A stretch of DNA of 63,331 nt, filler included, from an uncultured Myxococcia bacterium (GTDB lineage Bacteria; CAZTWC01): NCBI GenBank assembly GCA_964617105.1. It is 3 parts of 3 records of this genome, joined end to end, with 100 filler letters (N's around TTAATTAATTAA, not from the genome) between each part and the next. Parts side by side here need not be neighbours in the genome. Positions count along the whole stretch, not along the records: positions 21,552 to 42,465 come from CAZTWC010000033.1; positions 42,566 to 63,331 come from CAZTWC010000034.1; 1 more part is not named here. One strand, given 5' to 3'. The number at the start of each line of letters is the position of its first letter. The stretch's first letter is position 1. A program made the position numbers and the translations under genes. The notes beneath the pieces were generated by a model that was not told the DNA's origin, made no database searches, and saw only the letters and a program-made list of their open reading frames with translations. Below are positions 38,301 to 47,865 of this stretch, in pieces.

Positions 38301-38760
38301 CTTCCTCTTGGCTAATAACATTGGACAACTCGGCTATCTTTTCGGAGGGCTCCACCATTCCACCGGTTGAGACCAATTGTTCAAACTGTTTTAGAAGTAT
38401 TTCCACCCCTTCAATATCTGTCTCTATGCCTTCAGCCAATCGATCAACCATATTTTGCAGAGCATCAAAGCCGACAAAGAGTAGATCTGATACCTCTTGG
38501 GAAAATTTCATCTTATTTTCCCGAAGAACGCGGATAATCTCCTCCATCTTGTGGACAAATTGCTCAATTTGATTCAACCCAATAGTGCGAGAGGAACCTT
38601 TCATATTGTGGAGGTTACGGTACAATTCCTCCAGGTGGTAGTCTGCCTGCTCCGGATTTTCCTTTTCTAACTCCAACAGGCTGACATTCATGGCCGAGAG
38701 ATTCTCTTCCGACTCCTCGATAAATATTTTCAGCAACTCTTGGTCGATTTTAAAAGCCAT
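35314..38760 (-). CDS. cheA: Hybrid chemotaxis kinase CheA: 3 Hpt-like domains, dimerisation, HATPase, CheW, REC
   Basis: LHNMKG, IHTIKG, degenerate IYAIQG; LRVDTDKLD; HLIRNAIDHG; DDGKG; GFST...SGRGVGMDVV; C-terminal receiver TDIMMP...KPF. Confidence 0.95.
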   Translation of the reverse strand: MAFKIDQELLKIFIEESEENLSAMNVSLLELEKENPEQADYHLEELYRNLHNMKGSSRTIGLNQIEQFVHKMEEIIRVLRENKMKFSQEVSDLLFVGFDALQNMVDRLAEGIETDIEGVEILLKQFEQLVSTGGMVEPSEKIAELSNVISQEEDQKPQSAISKLPSQVARKIKEEYLIEMEEMIEKIEKHLVELDKLGFMNLSESQIEDFIDVIAREIHTIKGTSGVFASMGFTSTLQVKKVSHEFENLLEVLKTKPESLNQELVDLLFDYNPLIEQMLVIIRDDRFPEQDETTQAQISLYLDRIQQMDLLEPGEHAGDAAPPVEATIEADDPLLQIEDIDQEIIQTFKQEALQSLSEAEQLFTSLTQEPKNLELLNSLFRIIYAIQGSANFFNLEQLLQVAEKLVTLLDLLRKKEVVPSERLLEIIFNGFDLAKIIVNNTGTQKPVPINGQEVIIKLEEHLEIIKGEEKASAAKVGKSESPKLIQPGKSSDTEEAAKKVEKGGKAGKKGGKVKLSGIIGRESRSLRVDTDKLDNLMNFMGELVIIKSRLDDDLKDFHQRVEELQGIKRSLLDVHQENKESIQLKELQEQILSYLKKMAIQSGFFHEIPTISNEMNQIVSDQSKRNSSGKADQFQVENLETSQEVIRLSNELNDASSNIIETTDQMDRITSELQEGLQKLRMLPISTVFSRFPRLVRDLSRTTGKKVELVLLGQETEVDKMIIDKIADPLMHLIRNAIDHGIESSENRKASGKNRLANIILKAYHEGNQIVIEVSDDGKGIDAEIVKEKAVEKGLISGNEAKDLDEQQANNLIFMPGFSTAEDVTDISGRGVGMDVVKTNIQQLKGTIAIVTSKGKGTTFIIKLPLTLAIMNALLVKVSGEMYAIPLSSVLETITVSMADIRMIGNREVINVRESVISLVRLVEIVNIEEKYISGQDFQPVIIVGSWNKKIGILVDELLGRHEIVLKSLGEFLPYIKFISGGTILGDGNVVLILDVPSVINSISTSYSATSFISPPAKSVERLKSGRYNLLVVDDSAVIRRQVKDLLESDGFIVDLAVDGVDGLEKAKRKKYDLITTDIMMPRMNGIEFTRELRAHVPTSNIPILVVSSKGEKEDIFSGLEAGANEYLIKPFQKNSLLGTIKRQLGII

Positions 38761-38784
38761 AGAACTATTCGATTCGATTCCGGT

Positions 38785-39315
38785 TTATTCCGGTTTAGCG
38801 TTGATTAATTTCTGTATGGAACTATTCTGCATAATATTGTGCCAGTTCAACAGGATCAGAGGATGATCTTCCAGTTGAATAACTCCCCTGATATAATCTG
38901 GTTCAATAATTGAGATGCCCGGCGGTGGCGGGTCAATTTTTTCTAAAGGGATCTGCTTAATTTTTGAAAGCCGGTCCACTTTTATCCCCACGGTTAAATT
39001 TTCCATGGTGATAATTAATATCCGTTCGTCCAAACTGGTCATAGTGGGAGGCAACTGAAAGACTTTTTGTATCTCCATTATGGCGATTATCTTTCCCCGC
39101 AGGTTGATTACCCCCAGGATAAAATCGGGTATATAAGGCACCCGAGTTATGGGCATAATTTCGATCACTTCCCTGATCATAGTAAGATTTAGCCCGAATT
39201 CCTGATTGGACAGATAAAAACAAAGCATATCCTCTTGATTCTTGACATTCAATCTGCCGGAATCTTCCTGGTGAATATCGCTTAAAACAGAATATATACC
39301 TTGGTTATTTTGCAT
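38785..39315 (-). CDS. cheW: CheW coupling protein
   Basis: IREVI..ITRVP..PDFILGVINLRGKI, VGIKVD, YIRGV. ATG 39315 chosen as start. Confidence 0.92.
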   Translation of the reverse strand: MQNNQGIYSVLSDIHQEDSGRLNVKNQEDMLCFYLSNQEFGLNLTMIREVIEIMPITRVPYIPDFILGVINLRGKIIAIMEIQKVFQLPPTMTSLDERILIITMENLTVGIKVDRLSKIKQIPLEKIDPPPPGISIIEPDYIRGVIQLEDHPLILLNWHNIMQNSSIQKLINAKPE

Positions 39316-39412
39316 GACAAAATTATCCTGAATATTATACCTGGTGTCCGGACGGCAACAACCTAAAATCAGCAACTACCTCGATCTTTAAGCCAATTGC
39401 TGATTACAGGTT

Positions 39413-41977
39413 TTATATCTTAAACCTGGACATTTTTTCTTCGGTGGCCCGGGACATGGTTATCAGATTCCTAACATGCTCCACTGCTTCGTCCGTGGAA
39501 GTAGCCGTGGTTTTTGCCACCTCGGAGATACGCTCAATGGCAGAGGACACCTGGTCAGAAGTTTTTGCCTGCTGACTGGTGGCTGCCGAGATCTCGTTTA
39601 CCGCCCGACTGATCTCTTTTACCACGTTGATAATATTGCTCAAAGAAGAGCCACTGGTTTCTGCCAGTTTAACTCCCTGTTCCACCACTTCAGTACCGCT
39701 GATCATAGCCTTCACCGATTTATCGGTATCTATTTGAATTTTCTCAATTAACACGGCTATCTCTTTGGCGCTCTTGGATGAGCGTTCCGCCAATTGACCC
39801 ACTTGATCGGCCACAACGGCAAAACCTCGACCCTGTTCACCTGCTCTGGCCGCTTCAATAGCAGCATTGAGAGCCAATAAATTAGTTTGGTCGGCAATCG
39901 CAGAAATAACTTCAACTATTTTGCCTATCTCCTTGGAAGAATTGCCCAATTCCTTAATTTTAGAAGCAGTTTCTTCTACCCGATTACGGATCTCTCTCAT
40001 CCCTTCAATCGTCTTGCTAACCGCTTCTCCACCCTCTTTTGCCATCTCGTTAGCATGACTGGCTATATCGGTGGATGACTTAGCGTTTTTTGATATCTCC
40101 TGAATAGAAGCGGAGAGTTCCATGATTGCTGAAGATGAACCCTCAATCTGGATAGCCTGATCGCTGGTGCCTTTGGCGATTAATTCACTGGAACGGCGTA
40201 TATCCTCCGCCAACTGGTTGACCCCAGCCACCATATCCTTAATATCTTTTACCAGGAATATTAGGTTTTGCACCATCTTTTCAAAAAAATCTCCTATCTC
40301 CCCGGGAACTTGTTTCTTTAGAATCGGATTAGACAATTCACCTTTGGTCAACATCTGTGCCTGCACCGCCAAAGTTTTCAAGGAGTCCATACTATCCTTC
40401 AAAGCCAGGCTCAACTCTCCCTGAATCCCTTCGTCAACCAAATATTGCTGTAGGTCACCTCTGGCAATAAGGTGAACATTATTCAATACTTGCTTAAGAT
40501 TGTCAGTCATTTTCTTAAAAGAATCTCCCAAATGACCAGGTACTCTCTTTTCTAAAATCGGATCCAACATTTTCTCTTTAGACACTATCTCCACCTGTGC
40601 CTGCAACAGACGTAAAACAGCCTTAATATCCTTAACCGGCTGTTTATATTGGCCCGGCAAGTTAGTTTGTAACCCTTTGTTGTCTAATTCTCCTCTGGCT
40701 AAAAGATGCAGTTGGGTATTAACTGTTTTGACATTTTCCACCGCTTTGAGCAAAGTATTAGGCATGGCGTCGCTGGAATTATTGGTAGATCCAGCGGCTA
40801 GTATCAAAGCCTTATCAATATCGCCTTCAGCCAAAGCCTTGACAATTTTCAACTGCTCATCTCTTGCCACCGCTAAACGGGACAGTTGACTGCCAATGGA
40901 GCCGCTGCCAACGTCTTCAGAGGTTACAGGTTTTCCGGTGACTAAACCTTCAGCATTTTTGGCCATTCTTTTAAGCGAGGTAAGAGTTTTATCGAGCCCC
41001 TTTCCTATCTCTCCTGGTATTTTTTCATTGAGTATAGGCTCTTCCAGCCGATCAGCAGCCACAGCCTCAGTCTGAAAATAAAATTGAAGCAGGTAATATC
41101 GAATGGCTAACAGGTCCTGGGCAATCTTGTCTTGCGGCAAGGATGGAACGCATTTCTGAAAAGCATTTTTAAGGTCTATCCCTTCAGCCAGATAAGGTTT
41201 AATTTTATCTGCCCCCAATTCCCCCTCCTTCAAATCTCCGGTTAGGCGCGATATCTCCTGCAATCGTAAGGAAATGATGTTATAGGCTTCCTCCAACTCT
41301 TTTATCTCGCCTCCACCTGTCAATTCCAGGGTATCTGATAAAATTTGCCCCTGGTTCATATTACTCACTTCCTGGGCAAACAGTTTGATAGGCTGGGCAA
41401 TAGAATTACCAACCACCAGGGATAGCAACAATCCTAACAAAAAAATAATCAGACCGGTGATAATCACCGTCTTTTGAACTGCCAATTTTCCTACTTCTAC
41501 ACTATCCAGAGAGTAAGCCACCGCCAGGGTGCCAAGCAAGTTATTATTATCATCTTTTATTACCAATACCCGCACCAGCAAGTTGTCCACTTTTTGAAAA
41601 CCAGATTTTCCCTTTAAAACAAGTTTCTTATCTTTAACCAGTCTATCTGCCAAGGTTTTATTGTGTATATAGAGGTAGTTGCTATCCTCCTGCTGTAGAG
41701 AACCGTTGAGAAGTAAAACCAGGGACACCTGTTTATCACTCTTTATAACATCCAGTATTTCTTTTATTTTTTCCGAATCCTCAGAACCAAGGGCGGCTGC
41801 CAAAGGCTGGTTAATAAAACCATCCAAAGTCAATGCTTTTCCTCTCAAATCCTGTTCTAAAATTTTCTCCACCCGGTTCGGCAGATATAGAATAAACAAT
41901 AAAAGAGTGATACACAGCACCAGGAAGGTAAACAAAGTCAGTCTACTCTTAATGGGCAGTTTGGCAAAAAAGGACAT
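39413..41977 (-). CDS. Methyl-accepting chemotaxis protein with periplasmic sensor and extended HAMP-like array
   Basis: Two TM helices; [30 protein letters not shown] signalling tip; repeated ...G-[EH]-[IL]-G HAMP-like units. Confidence 0.93.
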   Translation of the reverse strand: MSFFAKLPIKSRLTLFTFLVLCITLLLFILYLPNRVEKILEQDLRGKALTLDGFINQPLAAALGSEDSEKIKEILDVIKSDKQVSLVLLLNGSLQQEDSNYLYIHNKTLADRLVKDKKLVLKGKSGFQKVDNLLVRVLVIKDDNNNLLGTLAVAYSLDSVEVGKLAVQKTVIITGLIIFLLGLLLSLVVGNSIAQPIKLFAQEVSNMNQGQILSDTLELTGGGEIKELEEAYNIISLRLQEISRLTGDLKEGELGADKIKPYLAEGIDLKNAFQKCVPSLPQDKIAQDLLAIRYYLLQFYFQTEAVAADRLEEPILNEKIPGEIGKGLDKTLTSLKRMAKNAEGLVTGKPVTSEDVGSGSIGSQLSRLAVARDEQLKIVKALAEGDIDKALILAAGSTNNSSDAMPNTLLKAVENVKTVNTQLHLLARGELDNKGLQTNLPGQYKQPVKDIKAVLRLLQAQVEIVSKEKMLDPILEKRVPGHLGDSFKKMTDNLKQVLNNVHLIARGDLQQYLVDEGIQGELSLALKDSMDSLKTLAVQAQMLTKGELSNPILKKQVPGEIGDFFEKMVQNLIFLVKDIKDMVAGVNQLAEDIRRSSELIAKGTSDQAIQIEGSSSAIMELSASIQEISKNAKSSTDIASHANEMAKEGGEAVSKTIEGMREIRNRVEETASKIKELGNSSKEIGKIVEVISAIADQTNLLALNAAIEAARAGEQGRGFAVVADQVGQLAERSSKSAKEIAVLIEKIQIDTDKSVKAMISGTEVVEQGVKLAETSGSSLSNIINVVKEISRAVNEISAATSQQAKTSDQVSSAIERISEVAKTTATSTDEAVEHVRNLITMSRATEEKMSRFKI

Positions 41978-42102
41978 AAATGGCTCTCCCAAACACCTTT
42001 TTGTTTTAACTAATTATTAGTTTCAGGTTTCAAGTAAAATATTTCCATGCTAAAATAAAAACTTCATAATTTCAAGATAATAATATTGGCGGAGGTTATA
42101 AT

Positions 42103-42465
42103 ATGAGCACTGACTTTGGTAATTCACAATTGCTTCAAGACACTGTAGCCTTTTTACGCAAATTAATATCTCTTCCCAGCACCAGTTGTCAGGAAAAAGA
42201 GGTGGCAAAGGCTATTCAAAACCGAATGAAAGAGGTTGGTTTCCATGAGGCATTTATAGACAATATGGGTAATGTTATTGGCAGGATTGGCACTGGACCG
42301 GTAAAAATCCTTTACGATTCACATATAGATACCGTGGATGTTGGAGATAAAAACAATTGGCATATAGATCCTTTTGAAGGGGACGACCAGGATGGTATTG
42401 TTTATGGCCGCGGCGCTTCTGACAACAAGGCTGCCATTGCCACCATGGTTTCGGCGGGTGTCAAT
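42103..42465 (+). CDS. M20 metallo-hydrolase (YgeY/ArgE-like), truncated at contig end
   Basis: D..GNVIG.IG.G, DSHIDTV, YGRGASDNK. Confidence 0.85.
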
Positions 42466-42565
42466 NNNNNNNNNNNNNNNNNNNNNNNNNNNNNNNNNNN
42501 NNNNNNNNNTTAATTAATTAANNNNNNNNNNNNNNNNNNNNNNNNNNNNNNNNNNNNNNNNNNNN
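42466..42565. other. Artificial contig linker
   Basis: 44 N + TTAATTAATTAA + 44 N, identical to the first linker. Confidence 0.97.
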
Positions 42566-42578
42566 GAGGAACGGCCGA

Positions 42579-43463
42579 TTACCTGGTAGTCCTCGAGCGG
42601 CTCAAGCACGAAGAGTCGAACACCCCTTCAGTGATATCACCGTTAACCATACCAGAAATGGCTCGATCATCTTCCTGGCCAATTATATCTATTAATTCTT
42701 CCGAACCAGCACCCAGGTGTTCCGCTTTCCACATGCGTATAGAAAAGTCGTTGCGTAAAACCCTTAACATATTTAATTTTCGGCCGGTGATACAGGTACC
42801 ACAATCGGCACTCTCTACCAGAGCAGATTTGAAATTTTGATGGGCAGGACATTCTGTTGTCGCCACAAAGCGGGTTCCCATTTGCACCCCTTCTGCACCC
42901 AGAATAAAGGCGGCGGCTATGCCTCGTCCATCAGCAATCCCGCCAGCAGCGATAACCGGGCAGGAAACTGCTTCAGCCACCTGGGGTACCAGGGTAAAAG
43001 TGGTGGTCTCATCCAGTCCATTATGTCCTCCCGCCTCGTAACCTTCGCAAACTATAGCGTCACAGCCTACTGCTTCGGCCTTTTTTGCACCTTTCACCGA
43101 TGGGACTACGTGGACGATGGTGCAGTCATAGCCATCCTTTAACAGTGGCACAACTTTGGCTGGATTTCCAGCTGAAGTAAAAAATACACCCACCCCATGT
43201 TTTTTACAAACCTCTACTCTTTCGGCCAATTGTTGATGAATCATGGGTAAATTTACCCCAAAAGGAAATTCATCATTCAGGCTTTGTTTGGCTTTTATAA
43301 CTTCTTGCTCAAATTCATTCAGGTTCATGGCGCCGGCGCCAATTAGACCCAGACCGCCTGCCCTGGATACTGCAATGGCCAATTGGGAAGGTGAAATATG
43401 AACCATCCCGCCCTGGATAATTGGGTATTTAATCTTTAATAATCGACAAACTCTATTACTCAT
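42579..43463 (-). CDS. Nitronate monooxygenase / FabK-family flavoprotein; 3' end probably incomplete or chimeric
   Basis: YPIIQGGM, AGGLG, PFGVN, EGYEAGGH, AAGGIADGRG, GVQMGTRF. The C-terminus departs from the family consensus after GDITEG. Confidence 0.88.
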   Translation of the reverse strand: MSNRVCRLLKIKYPIIQGGMVHISPSQLAIAVSRAGGLGLIGAGAMNLNEFEQEVIKAKQSLNDEFPFGVNLPMIHQQLAERVEVCKKHGVGVFFTSAGNPAKVVPLLKDGYDCTIVHVVPSVKGAKKAEAVGCDAIVCEGYEAGGHNGLDETTTFTLVPQVAEAVSCPVIAAGGIADGRGIAAAFILGAEGVQMGTRFVATTECPAHQNFKSALVESADCGTCITGRKLNMLRVLRNDFSIRMWKAEHLGAGSEELIDIIGQEDDRAISGMVNGDITEGVFDSSCLSRSRTTR

Positions 43464-43487
43464 TTTGATTTTAAATTACCTTTTTTA

Positions 43488-43520
43488 ATAAAACCGCCTG
43501 GGCTCATGTCCAGGGTTTAT
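43488..43520. terminator. Possible intrinsic terminator/hairpin between crotonase and FabK
   Basis: ATAAAACC-G-CCTGGGCTCATGTCCAGG-GTTTAT: GC stem with A/T flanks. Confidence 0.4.
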
Positions 43521-43547
43521 TTATCGGCATTTTAACGTGGAGATGGT

Positions 43548-44330
43548 TTAGCGTCCCTGGAAATTTGGTTTCCGTTTTTCCAGAAATGCCCTCATCCCCT
43601 CCTGGCAATCTTTAGTGCCGAATAATACCGAAAATGCGTGTTTTTCCAATTCGGTAGCGGCTGACAGGTCAAGATTAAAGCCGGTGTTAACCGTCCGCTT
43701 GGCTTGAGCAATAGCCAGCGGCGCTTTTTGAGCCAGTTTATTCGCCATTTTATAGACTTTTTCCAATAGTTGGTCATGCGGTACAATCTCTTGAATAAGA
43801 CCGTATATCAGGGCGGTTTCTGAATCGATCATTTCACCACTGTAGATCAATTTTTTGGCCAGGTTTTTACCTATCAGGCGAGGCAATCTCTGGCAGCCGC
43901 CAAAACCGGGGATAATACCCAGATTTACTTCGGGAAGACCCAATTTGGCCTGGTCAGAGGCATAGATCAAATCGCAGGACATGGCTATCTCCAGACCGCC
44001 TCCCAGGGCAAAACCGTTAATAGCGGCAATAATCGGTTTGTCCAGATCTTCCATGGCCCACATAACTTTGTGCCCCAGGTCGGAAAAAGATCTACCTTGA
44101 ATGGTGGAACTCTCCAGCATGGTGGCGATATCAGCACCAGCGACAAAACTCTTGTTGCCAGCGCCCCTTAAGACCACTACTCTGATATCGCCCTGGTTGG
44201 CCCTTACACTGAAACAGTGCAAAAGTTCCTGCAGGGTTTTAATATTTAGAGCATTCATCTTGTCGGGGCGGTTGACTGTCAAAGTAGCTACACTGTCCTC
44301 AATAGTCCAGAGAATGTTTTGAAACTCCAT
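43548..44330 (-). CDS. crt: Enoyl-CoA hydratase (crotonase)
   Basis: NRPDKMNALN, FVAGADI, NGFALGGGLE, GLPEV.LGIIPGFGG.QRL, EGM.AFLEKR. Confidence 0.9.
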   Translation of the reverse strand: MEFQNILWTIEDSVATLTVNRPDKMNALNIKTLQELLHCFSVRANQGDIRVVVLRGAGNKSFVAGADIATMLESSTIQGRSFSDLGHKVMWAMEDLDKPIIAAINGFALGGGLEIAMSCDLIYASDQAKLGLPEVNLGIIPGFGGCQRLPRLIGKNLAKKLIYSGEMIDSETALIYGLIQEIVPHDQLLEKVYKMANKLAQKAPLAIAQAKRTVNTGFNLDLSAATELEKHAFSVLFGTKDCQEGMRAFLEKRKPNFQGR

Positions 44331-44372
44331 TATTTTGGTCTCCTTAGTTGGTGTTTATGTTAAGTTGATTTT

Positions 44373-45041
44373 TTAAAAATAGTAATGAAATCCCAATACA
44401 CCAGCATCAAAGATACTTTTGGTCTGCGAGTTTGAATCAAAGGGGATAGCCAGCACCATCTCCTCTTTATTGGTGGTGTACTTTAGGCCGCTAGTAACCT
44501 CCAGACCCAGGGAGAGATCTTTGAACCAGGGTAGGAAATACTCCACCCCAAACATGGTCAGCACATTAATGGTCAGCATATTGCTGCTGCCCGGGGTGCT
44601 TTCTTTGATAACTCCAAGTCCGAGACCGCCGCCAGTGTAAACCAGTAAATTTTTTTTATGAACCAGGTTGTAAATCAGTTTTCCGGCCAAATTCAGGCCG
44701 AAACTGGTATTGCTTTTTACACTCTTCATGTTGAAACCGCCGATGGCCTGGATCCCTATTCGATTATCGAAAAAATATTTCAAGGAGATGCCATCGCCGA
44801 ATTGCCCATTGTAGCCCAAAGCCGTTCTTCGGTATAGGTCGGGGCTCATGGTTTTTCTGGTGTTATAGTTTTTTCTCGGTTGGGTACGGGAGATAGCCCG
44901 AGAATTTTTATATACCGGGCCTGGCTGTATCCTTAAATCTTTTCCATCATCCAGGTTATCCATTTGGGCCAGGGAAAGTTTGGGTGTCAGGATTATTAAC
45001 AAAACTAAGGTCAACATACTGAAAAGTTTTTTGCTATTCAT
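44373..45041 (-). CDS. Small outer-membrane beta-barrel protein
   Basis: Signal peptide (SLA-Q), amphipathic strands (GISLKYF, YTGGGLGLG, FGVEYF), terminal GFHYYF. Confidence 0.75.
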   Translation of the reverse strand: MNSKKLFSMLTLVLLIILTPKLSLAQMDNLDDGKDLRIQPGPVYKNSRAISRTQPRKNYNTRKTMSPDLYRRTALGYNGQFGDGISLKYFFDNRIGIQAIGGFNMKSVKSNTSFGLNLAGKLIYNLVHKKNLLVYTGGGLGLGVIKESTPGSSNMLTINVLTMFGVEYFLPWFKDLSLGLEVTSGLKYTTNKEEMVLAIPFDSNSQTKSIFDAGVLGFHYYF

Positions 45042-45228
45042 AATACATATATCTCCATGGCTGATGGTTGCAACAATCCAAACTATCCCAGATAAAAAAT
45101 GATAACTATTTTTTATATTAGATAATATCTTTATTTTGCTACCATATTAGCGGATGACTGTCAATCAATGCTGTAATTCAGGGGTAGGTTTTCGACCGAC
45201 TTTCGTTCGATGACCAAGGGGAATTTTC

Positions 45229-45257
45229 TTGACTAATAATTGGCTAATCTTTAAACT
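45229..45257 (+). promoter_or_regulatory. Sigma70 promoter for the long sppA
   Basis: TTGACT-N17-TAAACT. Confidence 0.45.
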
Positions 45258-45345
45258 TAAATAATATAGACTTTTTTCTTAAAAGGTTGAGCGTACAAAG
45301 ATTTTTTTTATCGAAATCAACCAATATAGATTATTTGAGGTGGTT

Positions 45346-47850
45346 ATGAAAAAAAATGGCGCTGTTTTGTTGGCAATTTTAATAGCGACATTACTGAGTT
45401 TTGCTGTAAATGCCCAGGTGCGTAATCTGCCTCTGCCAAACCGGTCCGCATCCCTGGTGGATGACGCCAGTGCCGTGGATATCAATCCCGGCGGGCTAGG
45501 CTTAATAAAGGGCAGTCATATACTCTATCAATATTCACGGCTCCAGCGGACCAACGGTAGCGGTCACCGCTTTTTTTGGGCTGGTAATCTGCTGAAAGTG
45601 TTTACTGCTTCTATGGGATACACCTTTTTCAATCCTGGAGATCGCCCAGACCAGGTGCTGGCTTTTCCCAATCCCCCCTCTGCATCGTCTGGCTTTCCTC
45701 TAAACCCGTACTCCTTACTCTCAGTAGGGCTGGGTCTGAATTCGGAGAAAAAGGTGGGACTGGGATTTAGTTATCATCGACTTTTTCCCAAACAAAACAG
45801 TGATATGGAGAGCGCTGAATTTTGGGATATTGGTATGCTGATCAGACCCCATGATAAGTTGTCTGCCGGTTTTTCCATCACCAACCTTAACCAGCCGGTT
45901 CTGAAAAAAGATGTTCAAGAGAGGACCTGGTTTGATTTCTCTTTTGGGGTAAGGCCATGGAGCGATTATATAACTTTGGCCGCCGATATCATGTATAGTC
46001 CCCACCATCAGGAGGTCGAGCCCCATTATACCTTGCGGGTAGACCCCATGCCCGGGTTGCAGATAGTTGGTTATGTAGACAATCGTCTGGCTCATTCGGT
46101 GGGCATCAATTTCGATCTTTCTCATTTGGGGATAGGTAGTTTTGCCAGGTTATCGGAGAAAAAAGGGCTTTTAGATTACTCGGTGCATATGCGCATGTCC
46201 AAAGAGTTTTTTCCTTCCATCTCTGGTGATGGCCAGAGAAAGAGAAAGCCTCTGTCTCTGGCAGTTATCCACTTAAAAGATGATTACGAATATAAAAAGT
46301 ATGCCGGACAATTCTCCTTTTCTTTGGGAGAAGACTATTTGCAGCTGTTATTAACCTTAGACAAAATATCTAAAGACCGGCAAATCGGCGGGGTTTTCCT
46401 TAAAATCGATAAACTTTCCATGGGATTGGCCCGGATTGAAGAGGTCAAGAGGTTATTGGAAAAGATAAATCGTCAGGGGAAAATGACCATAGCCTACTTA
46501 AAAGAGGGGTCAGACAGCGATTATTATCTGGCAATTTCCTGCAAAAAGATTTTAGTCCACCCGGCGGGTAGTTTTTTTATCAATGGTTTTAGTCAGGAGA
46601 TGATCTTTTTAAACCAGGGGTTAGAAAAACTGGGAGTAAAGGCGCAATTTGTAAGGCGGGGAAAATATAAAAACGCTCCCGATATGTTTACCAGAAAAAA
46701 AGCCAGCCCAGAGCAGTTGGAGGTGAGTAAATCCATTGTTGATGATATCCAGGGACGCCTGGTCAACCAGATTATTCATCACCGAAAAATTGCTAAGCCT
46801 GTTATAGAAAAAATGATGGCTCTGGGAATACAGGCGCCAGCCCAGATGCTGAAGAGTGGACTGGCCGACCAGGCTTTTATGGAGATGGAGTTGGAGTCCG
46901 GGCTGGAGAAGGTTTTACATCGACCAGTGTTGATGGTGACCGACTATGAAGAGCGGATTTATAAAGAGAGGCAATGGGCTCCCTGGCCCCGCATAGCCTT
47001 GGTGTATCTAGATGCGCCTATTGTAAGCGGTAGGAGTCACGAAAGCCCCTTTGGTTTTGGTAACACTGTAGGGGCGGATACTATTGCCGAGATATTGTCT
47101 GAGATTAGATTAAATCCTGAAATTAAGGGAGTGATTCTCAGGATCGATTCTCCGGGGGGCTCAGCTCTGGCTTCTGATGAGATGTGGGAACAGGTGGATA
47201 TTACCAGGAGAGTAAAACCGGTGGTGGTTTCAATGGGTGATGTTGCCGCGTCCGGCGGCTATTATGTGGCATCCGCCGCCGACTTTATATTGGCAGAGCC
47301 ATCAACTATCACTGGTTCCATTGGTATATTTGGTGGAAAACTGAGTTTAAATAACCTGTTGGAGAAACTGGGGATTAACACAGAGGTGATTAAAGATACT
47401 GCCAGTGCTGATATTTTTTCCCCCTTCAGGCCTTTTAACCAGAAAGAGTTGGAGGAGATGCAAAAACATATCGATGTGGGTTACCATCGCTTTTTGGACC
47501 AGGTGGCCAGGGGCCGTTCTTTAAAAAAGGAGAAAGTGGCACAGATTGCCGAAGGTAGAGTATGGACCGGTCGCCAGGCAAAAGAGATAGGTTTGGTGGA
47601 TAAGATGGGAGGAATAATCGATGCTATTGAAATGGTCAAAGTTCGGCTTAATGTCCCTACCCATCGCCAGGTCGCTCTATCTATCTACCCCAGAGGTTCT
47701 TATTTGAAGAAGATGATGGAACAATTTACCGAAAAGGACCAGGCTTTTTTCCCTGGGTGGTCTAAAAAATTTCCTCACATATCCTTTTTTACCAGGGTAT
47801 CAGCCGGTGAAAATTTAGCGATTTTACCTTATATATTTTATCTGCGATAA
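45346..47850 (+). CDS. sppA: Long SppA (tandem S49 domains) fused to an N-terminal beta-barrel-like domain
   Basis: Signal peptide, INPGGL, about 270 aa of amphipathic strands, then GKYKNA (Lys), RIDSPGGSALAS, VAASGGYY (Ser), TGSIG, AEGRVWTG. Confidence 0.88.
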   Translation: MKKNGAVLLAILIATLLSFAVNAQVRNLPLPNRSASLVDDASAVDINPGGLGLIKGSHILYQYSRLQRTNGSGHRFFWAGNLLKVFTASMGYTFFNPGDRPDQVLAFPNPPSASSGFPLNPYSLLSVGLGLNSEKKVGLGFSYHRLFPKQNSDMESAEFWDIGMLIRPHDKLSAGFSITNLNQPVLKKDVQERTWFDFSFGVRPWSDYITLAADIMYSPHHQEVEPHYTLRVDPMPGLQIVGYVDNRLAHSVGINFDLSHLGIGSFARLSEKKGLLDYSVHMRMSKEFFPSISGDGQRKRKPLSLAVIHLKDDYEYKKYAGQFSFSLGEDYLQLLLTLDKISKDRQIGGVFLKIDKLSMGLARIEEVKRLLEKINRQGKMTIAYLKEGSDSDYYLAISCKKILVHPAGSFFINGFSQEMIFLNQGLEKLGVKAQFVRRGKYKNAPDMFTRKKASPEQLEVSKSIVDDIQGRLVNQIIHHRKIAKPVIEKMMALGIQAPAQMLKSGLADQAFMEMELESGLEKVLHRPVLMVTDYEERIYKERQWAPWPRIALVYLDAPIVSGRSHESPFGFGNTVGADTIAEILSEIRLNPEIKGVILRIDSPGGSALASDEMWEQVDITRRVKPVVVSMGDVAASGGYYVASAADFILAEPSTITGSIGIFGGKLSLNNLLEKLGINTEVIKDTASADIFSPFRPFNQKELEEMQKHIDVGYHRFLDQVARGRSLKKEKVAQIAEGRVWTGRQAKEIGLVDKMGGIIDAIEMVKVRLNVPTHRQVALSIYPRGSYLKKMMEQFTEKDQAFFPGWSKKFPHISFFTRVSAGENLAILPYIFYLR

Positions 47851-47865
47851 GCAGCGAGGATAAAA

